From Basidiobolus meristosporus CBS 931.73 (Eukaryota; Fungi; Basidiobolomycota), in contig MCFE01000045.1 in assembly GCA_002104905.1 (NCBI GenBank), positions 124,001-188,000 on the forward strand: a stretch of 64,000 nt of DNA. Direction: 5' to 3'. This document shows positions 34,778 through 48,960 of the stretch, piece by piece. Made by a program: the position numbers and the translations under genes. Every line of letters begins with the position of its first letter. Within the stretch, counting starts at the first letter, position 1. The notes below the pieces were generated by a model. That model did not search any database, was not told the origin of the DNA, and saw only the letters and a program-made list of their open reading frames with translations.

Positions 34778-37700
34778 ATGTTTGCAGAAGAGACTGACAC
34801 ATATTTTGAGGTGTTTTCCACAAAGCCAGAAAGGGATTTCCCTTTGCCCACTCTGGCTAAAAAAAGAGGTATCTCTTCTCTGGCTGAGTCAGGGCACAAT
34901 AAAGTAAAACAGAGAAGAGATCTACCGTTCGATTCGGAAATTAGTCAGAGAGTCATTTTGCAAGATGAATTTTTCAAGGATCAAGAGTGTCAGGTTAACT
35001 TTGCCCCTCCATTAAACTTTCAGGTGGAGGTAGATCCCAGAGAAAAGTTAACCTTGAGCCACAAGGTAAATTTGCCACGGTTTACCACGCGTTTATACTC
35101 TGCGTGCCACTATACAACTAGCATCAAATTGCTCAATCACTTAATAGGCATATCACAAGGTAGCCACTATCGTGGATCAGCCTTATCAGCCTTTAGAGAA
35201 ATACGAGTTTACCCATGCTCCGAAATTCGGCTTTAAACTTGATCCATTCCAAGATTTGGCGTGCCGTTGTGTTGAAAGGAACGAATCCGTATTAGTCAGT
35301 GCACATACCAGCGCGGGAAAAACCGTAATAGCTGAGTATGCTATTGAGCATGGTATCAGGCAGCAACAGCGGGTAATATATACCAGCCCGATCAAGGTCA
35401 TAAATTCCATTGCTGAGTATTCTATAAGAGCTTTAGTAAACAGACGTTGATTTTATACTAGGCCCTGAGTAACCAGAAATACAACGACTTTAGAGAAAAA
35501 AATACGGATGTCGGCCTTCTAACGGGTGACGTGGTACACAATGAAAGCGCGCATTGTTTAGTAATGACGACAGAGGTGGTAATTGACTTATCTCCAGCCC
35601 GCGTTCATAGTGCTTACTAACCCGCACCAATAACTCTTAGATTCTCCGGAGTATGATTTATCAAAGTCCGGCTTCGCTAAGCGAGGTTGGCTGGGTTATT
35701 TTTGATGAGGTGCACTACATGCAACACAGAGGTGAGGTCGCCATGTTTCACAACCCTCGCAGCCAACAGTAACCGGGGTCTTTGTAGAGCGTGGTCTGGT
35801 TTGGGAGGAGTCAATCATTCTACTTCCCAGCCACATTCGTTGCGTGTTTCTGTCTGCTACTATACCAAACGCTGCAGAATTTATTCAATGGGTATGCAAG
35901 ATTCGTCAGCAGGTAAGCCTGAGTAGTATCTAGTGGTTGCAATCAAGGGCGCCCCCTTCTAACTGTCCAATTGGTGAATGCAGCCTTGTCATTTAATCCA
36001 TATCGACTATCGCCCCACACCATTACAGTACTATGTATATCCCTCTGGTGGGGACGGAATCCATATGGTGATGGATGAGAATAGACAGTTCAAGGAAGAC
36101 AGCTTTGAAAGGGCACTTGCCTGTGTTGATAACGTGTTGGAGCCTGCTGTGCCCCCGAAAGCGAAGCCTGGGAAAAAAGGAAAAAGTAAGGTTATATCAG
36201 CTTTGTTCGTGAAATACCGGTGCTGATTCGCCTGTTTACAGCCCCTGCTGATATTCAGAAACTCCTGGGCATGATCATAAGCAAAAAGCAGTATCCAGCT
36301 ATTACTTTCGCATTCAATCGTCGAGAAGTAGAGGCGTGCGCGTACGCTTTAAACGATTATAATCTACTTACCGAGGATGAGGTGGAGAAAGTGGAGAAAA
36401 TCTTCTATAGCGGTATAGATAGTGGGCTCAGAGCATGCGATCAAACACTATCCCAGGTTGAGCGTATGCTACCACTGCTCAGACAAGGCATTGGTTTCCA
36501 CCACTCGGGGCTGCTACCAATTTTGCGAGAGCTCATTGAGATTCTGTTCCAAGAAGGACTGATTAAGGTAGGGCGGCTTTCTTGCGAAGGTCCATTGCTC
36601 GGTAGCTACTAACCGCGGTTATTTAGCTTTTGTTCGCCACAGAAACATTCTCGATTGGGTTGAATATGCCGGCAAAAACTGTGATTTTTTCCTCGATTCG
36701 AAAGTATGATGGGGTTTCCAATCGTTGGGTTAGTTATATAGTTCAACCCGCAAACCAGCCCCGGGGCTCACAAACCCTCTCATTTGTAGCTCACTCCTGG
36801 TGAATTCATCCAGATGAGTGGCCGTGCGGGAAGACGAGGGGTTGACGATCGTGGGGTAGTAATTATGCTTTTAGATACCAAGATTCCGCCCGAAGCGGCA
36901 AGGGAAATGCTTGAAGTAGGTGCAAGCCCGTTATTCATGCAACCAGCAAGATACTGATCGACATCTAGGGAGAGGCACCCCCACTGAATTCAGCTTTTCA
37001 TCTAACGTATACAACCATTCTCAACCTCATGCGATCCAACACTATCCAACCGGAGTCTATATTGGAGCAATCCTTTTATTGGTTCCAAAACAGCATTCGC
37101 CAACCAGAGCTGACCAAAGGTTAGTGTGACTTTTCGGATCGATTGTGGTGACATTCGCTGATTAGGGTATCGTTGCAGAGCTTCAGAAACTGTCACAAGA
37201 ATACGAGTCCACCCAGTTGACTGAGCCCCACAACATCGCCCAGTACTTTGAGGTTCGCCAGAAGCTCGACCAGTATGCAGGCGATCTAAGGAAAATCATG
37301 TACCACCCTGTCTACGTCAAGAAGTTTATTCAAAAAGGTCGCTTGGTGAGAGTGGAGTACAAAGGGCGCGCTCTAGGCTGGGGGTGCTTGACGCGTGCAC
37401 TTGGCTATCCTCAGGCCAAAGGAAAGGTATGCTTATGATGGTTCCATTGAAGAAACTCGTGATCTCACGAGTTCCCTATTGTAGAGCTCAAAGGAGCAGA
37501 TCGTTGACCCATATGACTTCAAGAGAAGCTCATTGTATATTGTTGAAGTATTGATATATTGTGCTGCTGGGACCGTTATTACATTGGATCCCAATTTTTG
37601 TGCCACTCACGTAGAGCCATGTCCTCCAGGGGAAAATGGCGTAATGATCCCAGTATCCCTACCCTTATCTGCTCTGATAGAAGTCAGTTCTCTTCGCATT

Positions 37701-39035
37701 TTTTTGCCAAAGGAGTTGGATTCGAAGCCAGCGCAAGGCCGTAATACTGTATACACCTATCTAAAAGTATGTCGATTCGCTGATCGTTTCATCCTCGAGG
37801 CATCAATAACATGTACCTTCACTTGCCTAGAACCTGGAATCCCGGTTTCCTGACGGCTTTCCATTGCTCGATCCTGTTGGAGATTTGAATGTCCCAGAGC
37901 AAGATATTGTACACCTCGTCAAGGTACTTTTACCATCAAGAGATGCTCTACAGCTGTGTTATTCACGATCTTGTTGTTAGAAAATCGAGGAGCTTGAGAA
38001 TGTACTGTATTCGAATGCTCTTGTGAACGACCCTCGACTCCCCGAGTTATACAATAGCTACGCCCACAGCAAACTATTGCAGAGGAAAATCCGGGAAGTC
38101 AAGAACGAGCTCAAGCGTGCACAATCTGTTATAGAGTTGAAATTAATGAAATCCCGTAAACAAGTATTACAAAGGTAAACATGCTCCTCACTGTAAAGTT
38201 TGAGCACATGTACCTAACAATACCTCAGGCTAGATTATATCAAAGACGATTGTGTTTCCCCCAAGGGGCAAGCAGCCTGTGCCATCCAATCGGGCCACGA
38301 GCTCGTGTTAACTGAAATGATATATAGCGCGACCTTCCAACAACTCGAACCTGAGCAAATTGCTGCGCTGTGTAGTTGCTTTATATTCACATCTCAAGTG
38401 CGTTTTTATCACTGTCGTTGTACCAGCGATGGCAGTTTAGCTAACCATACAACAGCCCATAGAGCCACCGAAACTCCGTAAGGAACTAGCCGATGCCCTG
38501 GGTAAACTGAAGGTAGAGACTTGTGCGATCCTCCCAAGTTACAATGTTGATCTTCTCACTGTTGTTCGATGTAGCTTTGTGCAAGGGTGGTGATTGAGGC
38601 CTCGGAGAAAGCCCATCTCACTGTCGAAGAGAGCGAATATCGATACGCAGAATACGATGGATACATGGATATCGTGTATGAATGGTGCAAGGTAAATAGC
38701 TTAAATCTGTATCGACCGGGACAGCGTTCTCAACGTCCTGATAATCAGGGGGCTACTCTGGCTGAGATCATGGCGAAGCCAGATCGCGGCTTCGAAGGAG
38801 ATATCATCAGAGGGCTCCGAAGGCTGTTAGAACTGATGCAGGAGCTCTCCACAGTAGCCAAGGTGATAGGAAATCATCCATTAGAAGAGAAGTTCGAAAA
38901 AGGTTGTTTATTATAGTTCATTTGAGCTTGGTGAGATGCTCGTCAAGTGCGGTTTGTTCATAACCTCTCTTTTGTTTAGCTTCAGCGTTAATTCAGCGAG
39001 ATATTGTATCCGCCGCAAGTTTGTACATAGAATGA
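34778..39035 (+). CDS. MTR4: Mtr4-like DExH-box RNA helicase (exosome cofactor), many introns
   Basis: FKLDPFQ; [19 protein letters not shown]; YTSPIKALSNQK; IFDEVHYM; FLSATIPNA; [27 protein letters not shown]; [12 protein letters not shown]; KOW/arch region; C-terminal [10 protein letters not shown]. Confidence 0.9.
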
Positions 39036-39109
39036 TCCAGGTTTGTGTTGTTCGAGCCTTGATATTTCCCAATTATAAAAAATAAATTGGTTGGAGTTTA
39101 TTGAATGGT

Positions 39110-41277
39110 TTATGGTTTCCAAAGGTGAACCTTGCCATCATCCGTGTAAACGGCCAGAATATTAGAAAACGGATGATGCACAACGCCTATCACCTCGGCT
39201 TCGGTTAGCTTGAACATAAACGAGTTGATTAGTAACTAAGGATGGAGGGTTAGGGTGCAATCATCCTACCTTAATGGTGGATAGTAGTTTGCCACTTTCT
39301 AAATTGAAGCTATAGAGCTGTGAGTCTTCACCAACGCAATACAAAATCTCCGCTTTGGGCGAAAGAGTGATGCTGGCGAACTCGGTGCGTATGGATTCGT
39401 CGGTTAACTTTCTCAGAATCTGTGCGTCCGGTATTAGATACATCTTTCATTTGGATTAGCTATGCCTAGCACCTACCCGTCCTTTGGTCGACATTAGGTA
39501 AGCAGCAGACGACTTGTTGCACATGATAAGTTGCTCAGTGGAATCTGGCACCAAGATAACGGAATTGACAGTGGGTGACCCACCAATGGTACTATTTGCT
39601 GGTGCTTCTGTAGGTGTTACAGTGAGTAGGCACTCAGTGGTTCTGTAGTCCCAAATCTGTTGATGCAGTTGGTCAATAGTCATACTTGAAAGTGGATAGA
39701 GTTCCTAGACTCACCTTCACTGTTCCATCACTACTCCCGCTAATAATCTTACTCATGTCTGATGAAAATGCGACAGTGTTGACAAATGAGCTGTGTCCTC
39801 TATACTCTCTCAAAGTTTTTCCGGATTTCAGACCATGGAGTCTATCATAAGCTTACTCAGTATCGAGAAGGCTGGCAGATCGTGATGCTGATATCAAGTA
39901 CCTGATGGTTTGGTCAAAACTTCCAGTAATTATTTGACTACCGTCTTTCGAGAAGCAGACCGAAGTAACGCCTTGGGCGTGAGCAGGTGTAAACTTTCGA
40001 ATGCATTGACCACTGTGTACTTTCCAAATCTACAATAAGTACGCTTTCAGTATTCTGGATGATGCTGTTATTTATGGTGCTTGGGTACCTTGACTTTTCC
40101 ATCTTGCGAGCCGGAAGCAAGCAAATCACTGGTTCTACTAAAAGCTAGGCAAAGTACAGCGTCCTCCATCAACATCAGCTTGTCTTCAGCCTGATATTTC
40201 AGGTCTTTTCTTAACTTTGCTGTAAGATAGTTCCACACTTCGATAAATCCATCCACACTACCAGTTACCATGTATTGACCATCCGGTGAGAACGCAACAC
40301 ATTCCGCATGTTGCTTTTTAGGAAATTTGATGGTATTATAGCATTTGGATGGTACAGCATCTTCCTCGGATTGTACCGTAGGAACTTTTCCCTGGAATAA
40401 GTCGTAGCTCACGTCGGGGGGAAGCAACCCTTGATGCTGTTGCCATTTGACTGCCTGCCCAAGTAGTGTAAGCAATCGTGAAGGCGGAACGACAGTAACT
40501 TCCGATGAAAGTGCTTCTCAAGAACTGATGAATTAGCATTAAATTAAGAAACTAAATCAGATATGACTGCTACCTTTCGCGATAGCCTGGCGTCTCTTCT
40601 CTTTGCTCGAATCCCCTGGATATGCCTTATTTGATGGGGTCAACTTACCAAGCCATCCTTTGGAATGAAGAAAGAAGCATACCTCTTTAGGGTCGAAGAA
40701 AGTACGCGACAGAAGCTGCTCTAATGCAAGATATCTGTCCGGAAATTTGTCACGTAAAACAAACATAGGGTCGGTCTGCCTCAACAGTGTTCTTGCTGCG
40801 CCTAATTCACGCATTTCAATCAACTCTATGATAATCTAAGATATCATTTTGACGTAAAGTTTGTTGTTCGTAAGCGGGGTTCCAAATCGGTATCTCAGGA
40901 ATATAGATCAGCCTACCTGCTCATATAGATCTACAAGTTTTCCCTGAGGTATACGTATTTGACCTACGGTCTTCAAAACCGAATCCCACCGCCCTTCTTC
41001 GATCTCTTTGGAAAACGCGTCAATGTTCTCGACTGTATTTAACACGACTGAGCTTTCATCCTTCAAGTAAATGGTTTAGTCAGATTCTTCTTGGCCTTTA
41101 GAGCTTGCTACAAAATTGATTACTTGCAAAGCCTTTAGCGCATTTGGTAAATTGTTTTCTTTCAAAAATTGCTGTATTAGACGTATGACACTACAGAGGA
41201 AGGCAGCTTAATGTTGAGTACGAAATATACCCTCTCATAGAAAGTACTTACTCAGTGGACTCTATTTCTAACGACAT
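39110..41277 (-). CDS. SMU1: WD40 spliceosomal protein SMU1 (LisH/CTLH + WD40), multi-exon
   Basis: [23 protein letters not shown]; [25 protein letters not shown]; [14 protein letters not shown]; [20 protein letters not shown]; [15 protein letters not shown]. Confidence 0.95.
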
Positions 41278-42009
41278 GACTGATTTCCCTGTAAAAATGG
41301 CCGAGATACACTAAGCCTACTTTCGGTCGTACTAGCAATTGTCTTATCATTTAGACAGGATTTTTTTAGCATTGATCGCTTCAATAAACAGTAACTATTC
41401 GCTTGTAAATATTAACCAAATTGAGATAATAATCACCATATCTTGAAAGCTCGGTTGTGAATAAGATATTCGGCTAGGTGTACATTAAATCATGCAAGCC
41501 ACTGCATCATTAGGAACTGTAGAATGTTACAACCGAGGTCCCCTCTCTAAAGTAGCCTTCGAAATTTCCATAGATCCATTGTATTCTGGGTTGATGAATA
41601 CCACAGCGAAGCTAGAGTAATGTGTGTATTGTATGCCTTAGTGATGGTCAGAGTTTGCCTCTGGAGATATACGTTATTGAGTATCGGACGATAATCAACC
41701 CCTTGGAGAATCGCATTGGACAATCTTTATTGTATTTTGGCCATTGATTGTATGCTCTATGCAGCCTTGGTTCTTATATAAGCTGGAATTCTATAACCAA
41801 CCACAGCGAAGATTCATTTTCTTTACGAACTCAAGGCTCCATCTTTGCCATAAACTACTCTTCCCTGGCGTAAAATAGATCTAAGTGGTACTGGATACCT
41901 CAAGTGGGAAGCCTCAAACCATTTGACAAACTGATTTAACGGATCATATCGAACTGTGCATTACAGCAATCCACTAGATACCCTCTTTACCCATCAATTT
42001 TGAGCAAAC

Positions 42010-44213
42010 ATGCTTGCTTCAAACGAATTCCCTACAATGCAAAGTGTGAGAAAGGTTCACATGGATCAGACTTTGAAAAAACTGGTAGGTATTGGCGCAC
42101 CCCACCTCAAGAAAGCTCTATCGAAACAGGGGGCGCCAGTGATAAGTAGATCGCGATCTAGCGGGAGAACACGACTCCCTTCATCTACAAAAATGGCAGA
42201 TAGAAAAATCGATAGCCGGGCTAAGCCAACTCGATACTCTCATTTTCCAGGCCAGGCAGATAACAACCAGAAGCAACCAAGTGCCCGAAGGAAACAGCGT
42301 TCGAGTGTTCTGTATTCATTTGAGGGGGGCATATGTACTGGGTATCCTCCACGCCTTCCACCTTCGAATCCAGGCGCCGATTCAAGACGCAAAGGTGATC
42401 GGGTGCACTCAGAAAAGCGGAAAAGTGAGATATCGCGACGTCATGTATCTGTGCCGATCACTTCCAACCATGACCGAGAAGCTAGTCAACAATATAAGGG
42501 GACATCTCAAACGGCAAAATCAATCCCATCAGGCCCGAATATGATCGGGTCAAATGGTGAATATCGTAGGGTCAATCTACATGGTAGATGTCACTCTAAC
42601 TCTGCCTCATCAGTATTACTGTCGGAAATTAGCGCTACCAAGGAAAAAGTTCCGATTCCAAGGCCACAGTCTGACTATGTCACTTCCAAACACTCGGCTA
42701 GATTTTCAAACGTAGGAGATACGAGACATACAACATCGTATGCGGGATTAACAAGTGCCGGTCCATTTAATAATACTACAACGATTCCACTTTCCTTGTC
42801 TCCACCTGGTACACCTTCTATCTCTTCCATTCGTTCAAGTAGCCATTTATCTACGCTTTCTTCTAGCTCAACCACTTCCGGTGCATCCAATAACTCCTTA
42901 ACTTCGACTCGTTCGTCCAGAAACATGACGGTAACCACACATAGAACATCATTAACACTGATAAATCAAGAGTCGGCTTTGTCGATGTATCGCGAAAATG
43001 CTAAAAAGACCAATAACCCCACGGTTCAGTTGGAATTTGCCAAGTATCTGGTTGCTTGTGCAGCAGTGTTAGGTGAACCTTGCTCTACCTCGAACGATTA
43101 TGGTCACTCGGCGAGGCAAAGCCCAAATAGCACAGACTCTGGTAAACCTGCAAACAAAAACTCTAAAGACCTGCTGGAAGAGGCGAACTTTTGGATTCGT
43201 AGACTACAAAAAAGTGGAGACCCAGAGGCTACTTATATTTTGGGCACTTGGGTTGAAAACGGTCTTTATGGGTTTTCCCCAAACCCGTATAAGGCCTTTG
43301 CACTTTACAACAAATCTTCGAAACTTGGATTTGTCAAGGCAATTCACAAGGTTGCCATCTACCATGAGGCAAGAAAGGAGTATTCAAAGGCGCAGCAGTT
43401 TTTTCTGAAGGCCGCTAGTCAGGGGAGTACTAGTGCAAATTATGTACGTTGTCCAGAAACGCTCAAACCATACCAACCTCATTCTTACCCTTTTTGTGTT
43501 TATGATAGAGACTTGCCAAGGCGTATATGCATGGCGAGTTGAAACTGAAGCCCAACATTAATCAAGGGATTCTGTACCTAACTAGAGCTGTCAACAGTAA
43601 TGACTCGCTGGAGTGCCCCGAAGCCTCATACATCTATGGACTAATCTTGACTGGTGCATATACGCAGGTGGATGTGTCAAGTATTCCAAAGGATGTTGGC
43701 ATGGCCCATGATCTAATCGAAAAGGCCGCCGAATTGGGTTACACGCCTGCACTCTACAAACTTGGATACTCGTACGAATTCGGCGAGCTTGGTTACAAGA
43801 TAGATCCAGCTAAATCGATATTTTATTACAAACAGGGTGCAGAACGTGGCGATCCAGAATGCCAAATGGGCTTATCCGGGTGGTACCTAAGTGGGGTTCC
43901 AGGCGTCTTGGAGCCAAATGATGATCTAGCTTATAGTTGGTGCAATCAGGCAGCATCGAAGGGTCTACCGAAAGCAGAATTCGCCATGGGCTACTATTAT
44001 GAGCTAGGGGTTGGGGTTCCCAAAGATATGTCCATGGCTAACTTTTGGTATGTCCGTGCAGCATCGCATGGCAGTAAGGAAGCCCAGAGCCGCTTAGAAA
44101 GAGGGGATGAGAGCCCTCCCCATCCCATTATCGCCGGTGCCAGAGCACAGGGATTGCACAAAGAAATGAAGGATCAGAAAAAGCAGACCAAGGAAGACTG
44201 TATCGTCTCCTAA
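42010..44213 (+). CDS. SEL1-repeat chitin synthase activator (Chs4/Skt5-like) with C-terminal CaaX, one intron
   Basis: YRENAKKTNNPTVQLEFAKYL; several Sel1 repeats (AAELGYTPALYKLGYSYEFG, AERGDPECQMGLSGWY, AASKGLPKAEFAMGYYYELGVG); ends in CIVS*. Confidence 0.88.
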
Positions 44214-44555
44214 GTTGGTAGTAATCGGAGCTGCACGACTTGCACTAGAATCCAACCAAGTAGAGGTTTTGCCATCTAATCTAAACCCAACTTCGTGTTA
44301 GATTGGCACCATTCCTGATCCAATACCAACTGGCAAGCTACGACGTTCTATTGAAGAGAGATTATGAAAGAATTCAGATCAATTCAATATATAGCTGACA
44401 CTATACGAAATGTCAAAGCCCCTTTATTTTGACGTTGTCAGTACTTTTCCTTACGCGCAGTGTTTTCGATGTGCGGCGTACCATCGAAGAGATCTCAAAT
44501 AAATACGTCACAAGCTTGTGTTTGTAGCAAAAAGATTATGTATCTAGATTGGATT

Positions 44556-46812
44556 TTACAATGAACCTACAAGGATGGCATTTACAAAGGAGCCTTCTTC
44601 CAAGACAGTCTTTCCATCATCAGATGAGGGAAGCATCAGCAGGGCGTTCGCACTACGCATGCTTAGCATGCGGCTGCTTTGTTGAACTCCGGTGCTTGAG
44701 GCAACCAAGGTCATCTCATTACCCACAAGAGTAGGGACGATAATGGCTCTGTGGTACTCAGGGCGGGTGTCCAAACGCAACGAATGTGAGATCTATTACG
44801 GAGGGCGAGGTCAGTAACCGATTCAAGAATGTAAAATCAGCAAAATACCGACCTTGACTTTGAGGGTTGGCAGTTGTGGCCGTGAGTAGCCCAACAACTT
44901 GCGCAACGATGGCAGCACAAATAGGTAGAAGGTTACAGTGGCAGAAACAGGGTTTCCGGGCAAAGCGAAGATCAGCTTCTTTTGCTCGGAATTTTCCGGG
45001 GTATAGGTGGCAAAAGTAGTGGGTTTTCTGCATTGGATTAATCGTCAGCACGATCCTACATGAATCAAAGTGGTTGAACTTACCCAGGCTTCATGTTCAC
45101 CCGACCGAAATGTAACTGAGCCTTGAGGTCATCTTCAATGATCGACTTCATCAGGTCCAACTCACCCATGGAAACGCCGCCTGTAGAGATGATTACATCG
45201 ACCTTGTCAAGTCCATCCACCAGAGCATTCTTCAGCGTCTCTCGGCTATCCTTCACGATCCCCAAATCCAAGACCTCACAGCCAGCGGAACGGATGGCTG
45301 CAGCTAGGGTGGGTCTGTTGGAGTCTCGAATTTGGCCGTACTTTAGCTCGTTGGTTGAAGTTAGGTCAATCACCTCATTACCAGTGGAAAGGATGCCAAC
45401 AACTGGTCTCTTGTACACCAACACTTCTCTAACACCAACCGATGCCAAAATCCCAATCTCTCCTCCTACCAAGGTGATGCTGTCACCCTTCTTGAGTACC
45501 AAATCACCGGCCCGAGTATCGACTCCGATCTCGCGAATATTGGCTCCTTCGGGCACACCCTCCGAGATTTCAACAACCTGTTCCACTGAGCCGTCTTCGG
45601 ATGCTTGAATTAAGGAGGTATACTCGACCATTACTACTCCTGTGGCACCTTCCGGAACAGGCGCTCCGGTGGTTACTCGAGCAATATGGCCAGAAGTCAG
45701 TTGGATCGGAGCCTCGAGCCCGCCAGCCGTTGAGGCATCTTGAATTACTGGGAATTTTCCTGCGCCATCAGTGGCCACAACTGCATATCCATCCACAATG
45801 GAGGCCCGATATCCGGGGACAGATTCTTTGGCGAAGATATCTTCGGCTAATGTGTAACCAATTAAGCTGGTATCGACCGGTACTTTCACAGTGGGCAATG
45901 TTTGAACATTGTCCAAAATGGTCTGGATGGCTTGATCTACAGGCTTCATTGGATATGGGGACGAACGGTCTCTAAATGCCACTGTTCGGAATAAACAGCA
46001 TTAGCGAAGCCCGATCGGAGCGATAACCTGTACACATAAGGTAGATACCTGGCTTAGGTCCCTTACCACCGTGCTTATGCCCGTGTGAATGGCCGTGAGT
46101 ATGATCCCGGCCACAGCTATGGTGATGGGAGCTCTGGTGGCTATGTGTGTGACTAAACGAATCACCTTGCATCTTCTGGTGGACGCTCTTTCCACTACCT
46201 CCTGAAGCTAAATCTAACGCATGTGGTAAGCCGCGAACAATCGCTTCTAGATTCTCAATAGCTGCCTTTGGACTGCCAGGTAGAGTGACGATAACGCTTT
46301 CTTTTCTGACCCCCGCTGTAGCACGAGACAGCATGGCCATATGAGTGATTTTTAGGGAAGAAACCATCATGGCAGTACTGATTCCAGGAGCGCTGCGATC
46401 AAACAAAGGGGAAACCGCCTTAAAACAACTCTATTAGTCTTTCGGAAGGGGGGAAGTAGCCACCTCACCACCTCACATACCTCAGGAGTTATGTCACGCT
46501 TGGCAAACCCAGTTCCACCGGTAGTCAGAATCAGGTTCAACTGAAGCTCATCGACCCATTGCCTCACAACGCTCTGGATTTTCTCGACCTCATCGGGCAC
46601 ACACCCTACTTGAACAACATTCCAAGCACCAGCCTCCTCCAGGAATGCTTTGAGTTTTGGGCCACTCCGGTCTTCGTTAAGACCTTGGAAACAGGTATCA
46701 CTAACTGGGGAAGAAAGGTAAGGTCACCAAAAGCCTCATGCTGCCGTGCTTTAGGGTCTATTTGGAAAATACCGGTAAGAATTCCAACAGTGTACTTCAT
46801 TTTTTCACTCAT
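44556..46812 (-). CDS. Gephyrin/Cnx1-type molybdopterin biosynthesis fusion (MogA G domain + MoeA E domain)
   Basis: G domain: [37 protein letters not shown] domain: [48 protein letters not shown]. His-rich linker between them. Confidence 0.95.
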
Positions 46813-47539
46813 TTGATAAGTTAAAGGCTCGAATCCTTCACCCTCCAATGGTCGCGGGCTGGTATACTTCCCGAATTTAAATCCAATACACATATCCCCT
46901 GCACACTCATGATATATATCTTACGTGGACACAAAGTAGGATCTTTTATGTTCAATCGTAAATAATGGTGCCACTTTGGTCGATTGCAATAACTTTTTCC
47001 GAATGATAACGAGTATTTGGACTTGCAGGAGAATCCCTGGGCCAATCATCCAATCCCGGTGGATTCCCTATGTTTTCAAACCACTCGATATAACAAATAC
47101 AACTAGCGGGACTTGTGCCCAGGTAGCACTGATGTTTCCACAAACCTTAGTCTGATCCATGTGGTGGTTATGGTGGCTATATGCTAATCTTTTCTCACCG
47201 CGCTATGGTAAAATCCCATATAGAAAGTCATAACCCTAATCCATATATATGTCAGCCGTTATGTAATATGTGGCCACCTCTTCCCTCTAGCCATCTATGG
47301 ATAGGCAGGCCAAGGCCCAGTGCCGTATGACAGTAGGATAGTGTCTGAGTGCACGGGAAGGATGGTCCGCATCACTGGGCAGTCAGTGGAAGCTTGCACC
47401 ATCTCATGTGTCTAGACAATGTGATCAACTGAGGAATTTCTAGAATGGCATGGAGTGAAAATCACGAGTAGTCTCAGCAGATTTAATAGTCAAGGATCCA
47501 CAAGCAATCAGTCAATTTTTAATCAAAACCGTCTTGGAA

Positions 47540-48960
47540 AGCAATTTACAAAGCACCTATCGTCCAGCCAATCCGACACCTTCGCTTTAAGCTCATCAAG
47601 CTTATCCTGGTAGTCATATATATATGAGTTTGGTAAATGGGGGATTGTTTACGAGTGGGAAATGTATTCTTCCCATTTGGTTGAGCTCGAATACAAAGAC
47701 ATCCAACAGATAACCATATTGGTGAATCAAGGCTTTGAACAATCGCCAATTCCCGCCTTTTATTCGGGGCGAATTCCCTGTTCCCACCATTCCCATCACA
47801 AATACGTGCTAATCTCTAAGTGGATTGAAACAATGGTCTTTGTATAACTTTCAATCAATATCGACGGCCCAATCACCGCGGCGGACTGTTCCACAGCGAC
47901 TATTCTACTTCGCTCCGTTGTTGAATGATCTTCGCCATGAATAGGGAATGCTCTACTGTAGTAGGAAGGTTTACCAGACGCCAAGATGCTTATCTTGACT
48001 CGTTCCAATGGATAATCACTTGGTGATTCATGGTCAATGAATCTGAAACATCGCAATGAAGGTTCGATATCTCGACCAATCGTGGGAAGCTCCGTGCATG
48101 ATTGGCCGCAAAAATAGAATGGCACCTGGATATTCTAAGAGCTTCCAATTTCCGATTATTAAGGCGGTGTTAGGGCTAGGGCTTGGGTTCGGCCTAGGGT
48201 GCTGACTACCCGCCCCCACATTTCCAATCCAGCCGCGAAAATCCACTGAGCTCTGCAGCTCACTCCACTTGTCTGCGTCGAACGATGCTGATCTGGCGAC
48301 TCACCTGCCAGCAAGGTGCCTTCATCCCTCACCGCTGCTCGAGGTATGCTGATCGGATGATGCGGCTAAAATAGGAAAGTCTAAATTCTGCCTCAGGAAC
48401 CACACAACGTTTTCTGAGGATCTAGAAGTGAGGGTATGATTTGTGTTCCAAACCCAAACACCTTGATCCAAGGGTCTCACATGCAAGATAATATCTAACC
48501 AAACCCATCCACCCACCCGACGAGCGGAGTTCATTCTCCGGGTACACATGGCAGACTCGAGCCCCCGCCCCAACCTCGACAAAGCAGCGACGGTGAAGCT
48601 TCTTGAACAAAGGAGGGATGAAAAAGGAGGATTCGAGACTTTCATCTAACTAAATCTCCCGTGCTTCACCAGCAAGCCGATATCAAATCCCTATTGCAAG
48701 TAGACTAGCGAAATCAATTAATTTGGTTAGCAAGCTCATTGAAGCGGATTTTGGAAGTTTCGGTTCCATTAATAATATCCAATTGATGCAAGGAATCTCT
48801 GCCTCTCTTGCCCAAAATTGGCTGTCACTAGGGATAGTACTGCATATGCTGCATTCATTGTACTTAAACCGTTTTCCTACCGTGAATAAATTAACTCACC
48901 CGGGGGGCTCGAAGCTCCGAGTTAGGTCGGGAATAAGGGCTAGTGCGGATTTCTTGGCCT
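47540..48960 (-). other. Unresolved coding-like or decayed gene region with intron-like signals
   Basis: Minus-strand donor/branch/acceptor sets are present (for example gtagtc..ccctaac..ctcttag at about 48210-48140; gtgagt near 48900) with short protein-like frames, but I could not build a continuous stop-free model. Confidence 0.25.

Noticed and set aside
41600-41815. accacagcgaag repeated twice in the SMU1/CHS4-like intergenic region
   Set aside because: A single 12-bp pair with no known motif is insufficient evidence, although it could be a regulatory site.
48165-48200. Telomere-like gttagggctagggcttggg
   Set aside because: It is too short and degenerate, and is better explained as a minus-strand pyrimidine-rich intron segment with a CTAAC branch point.
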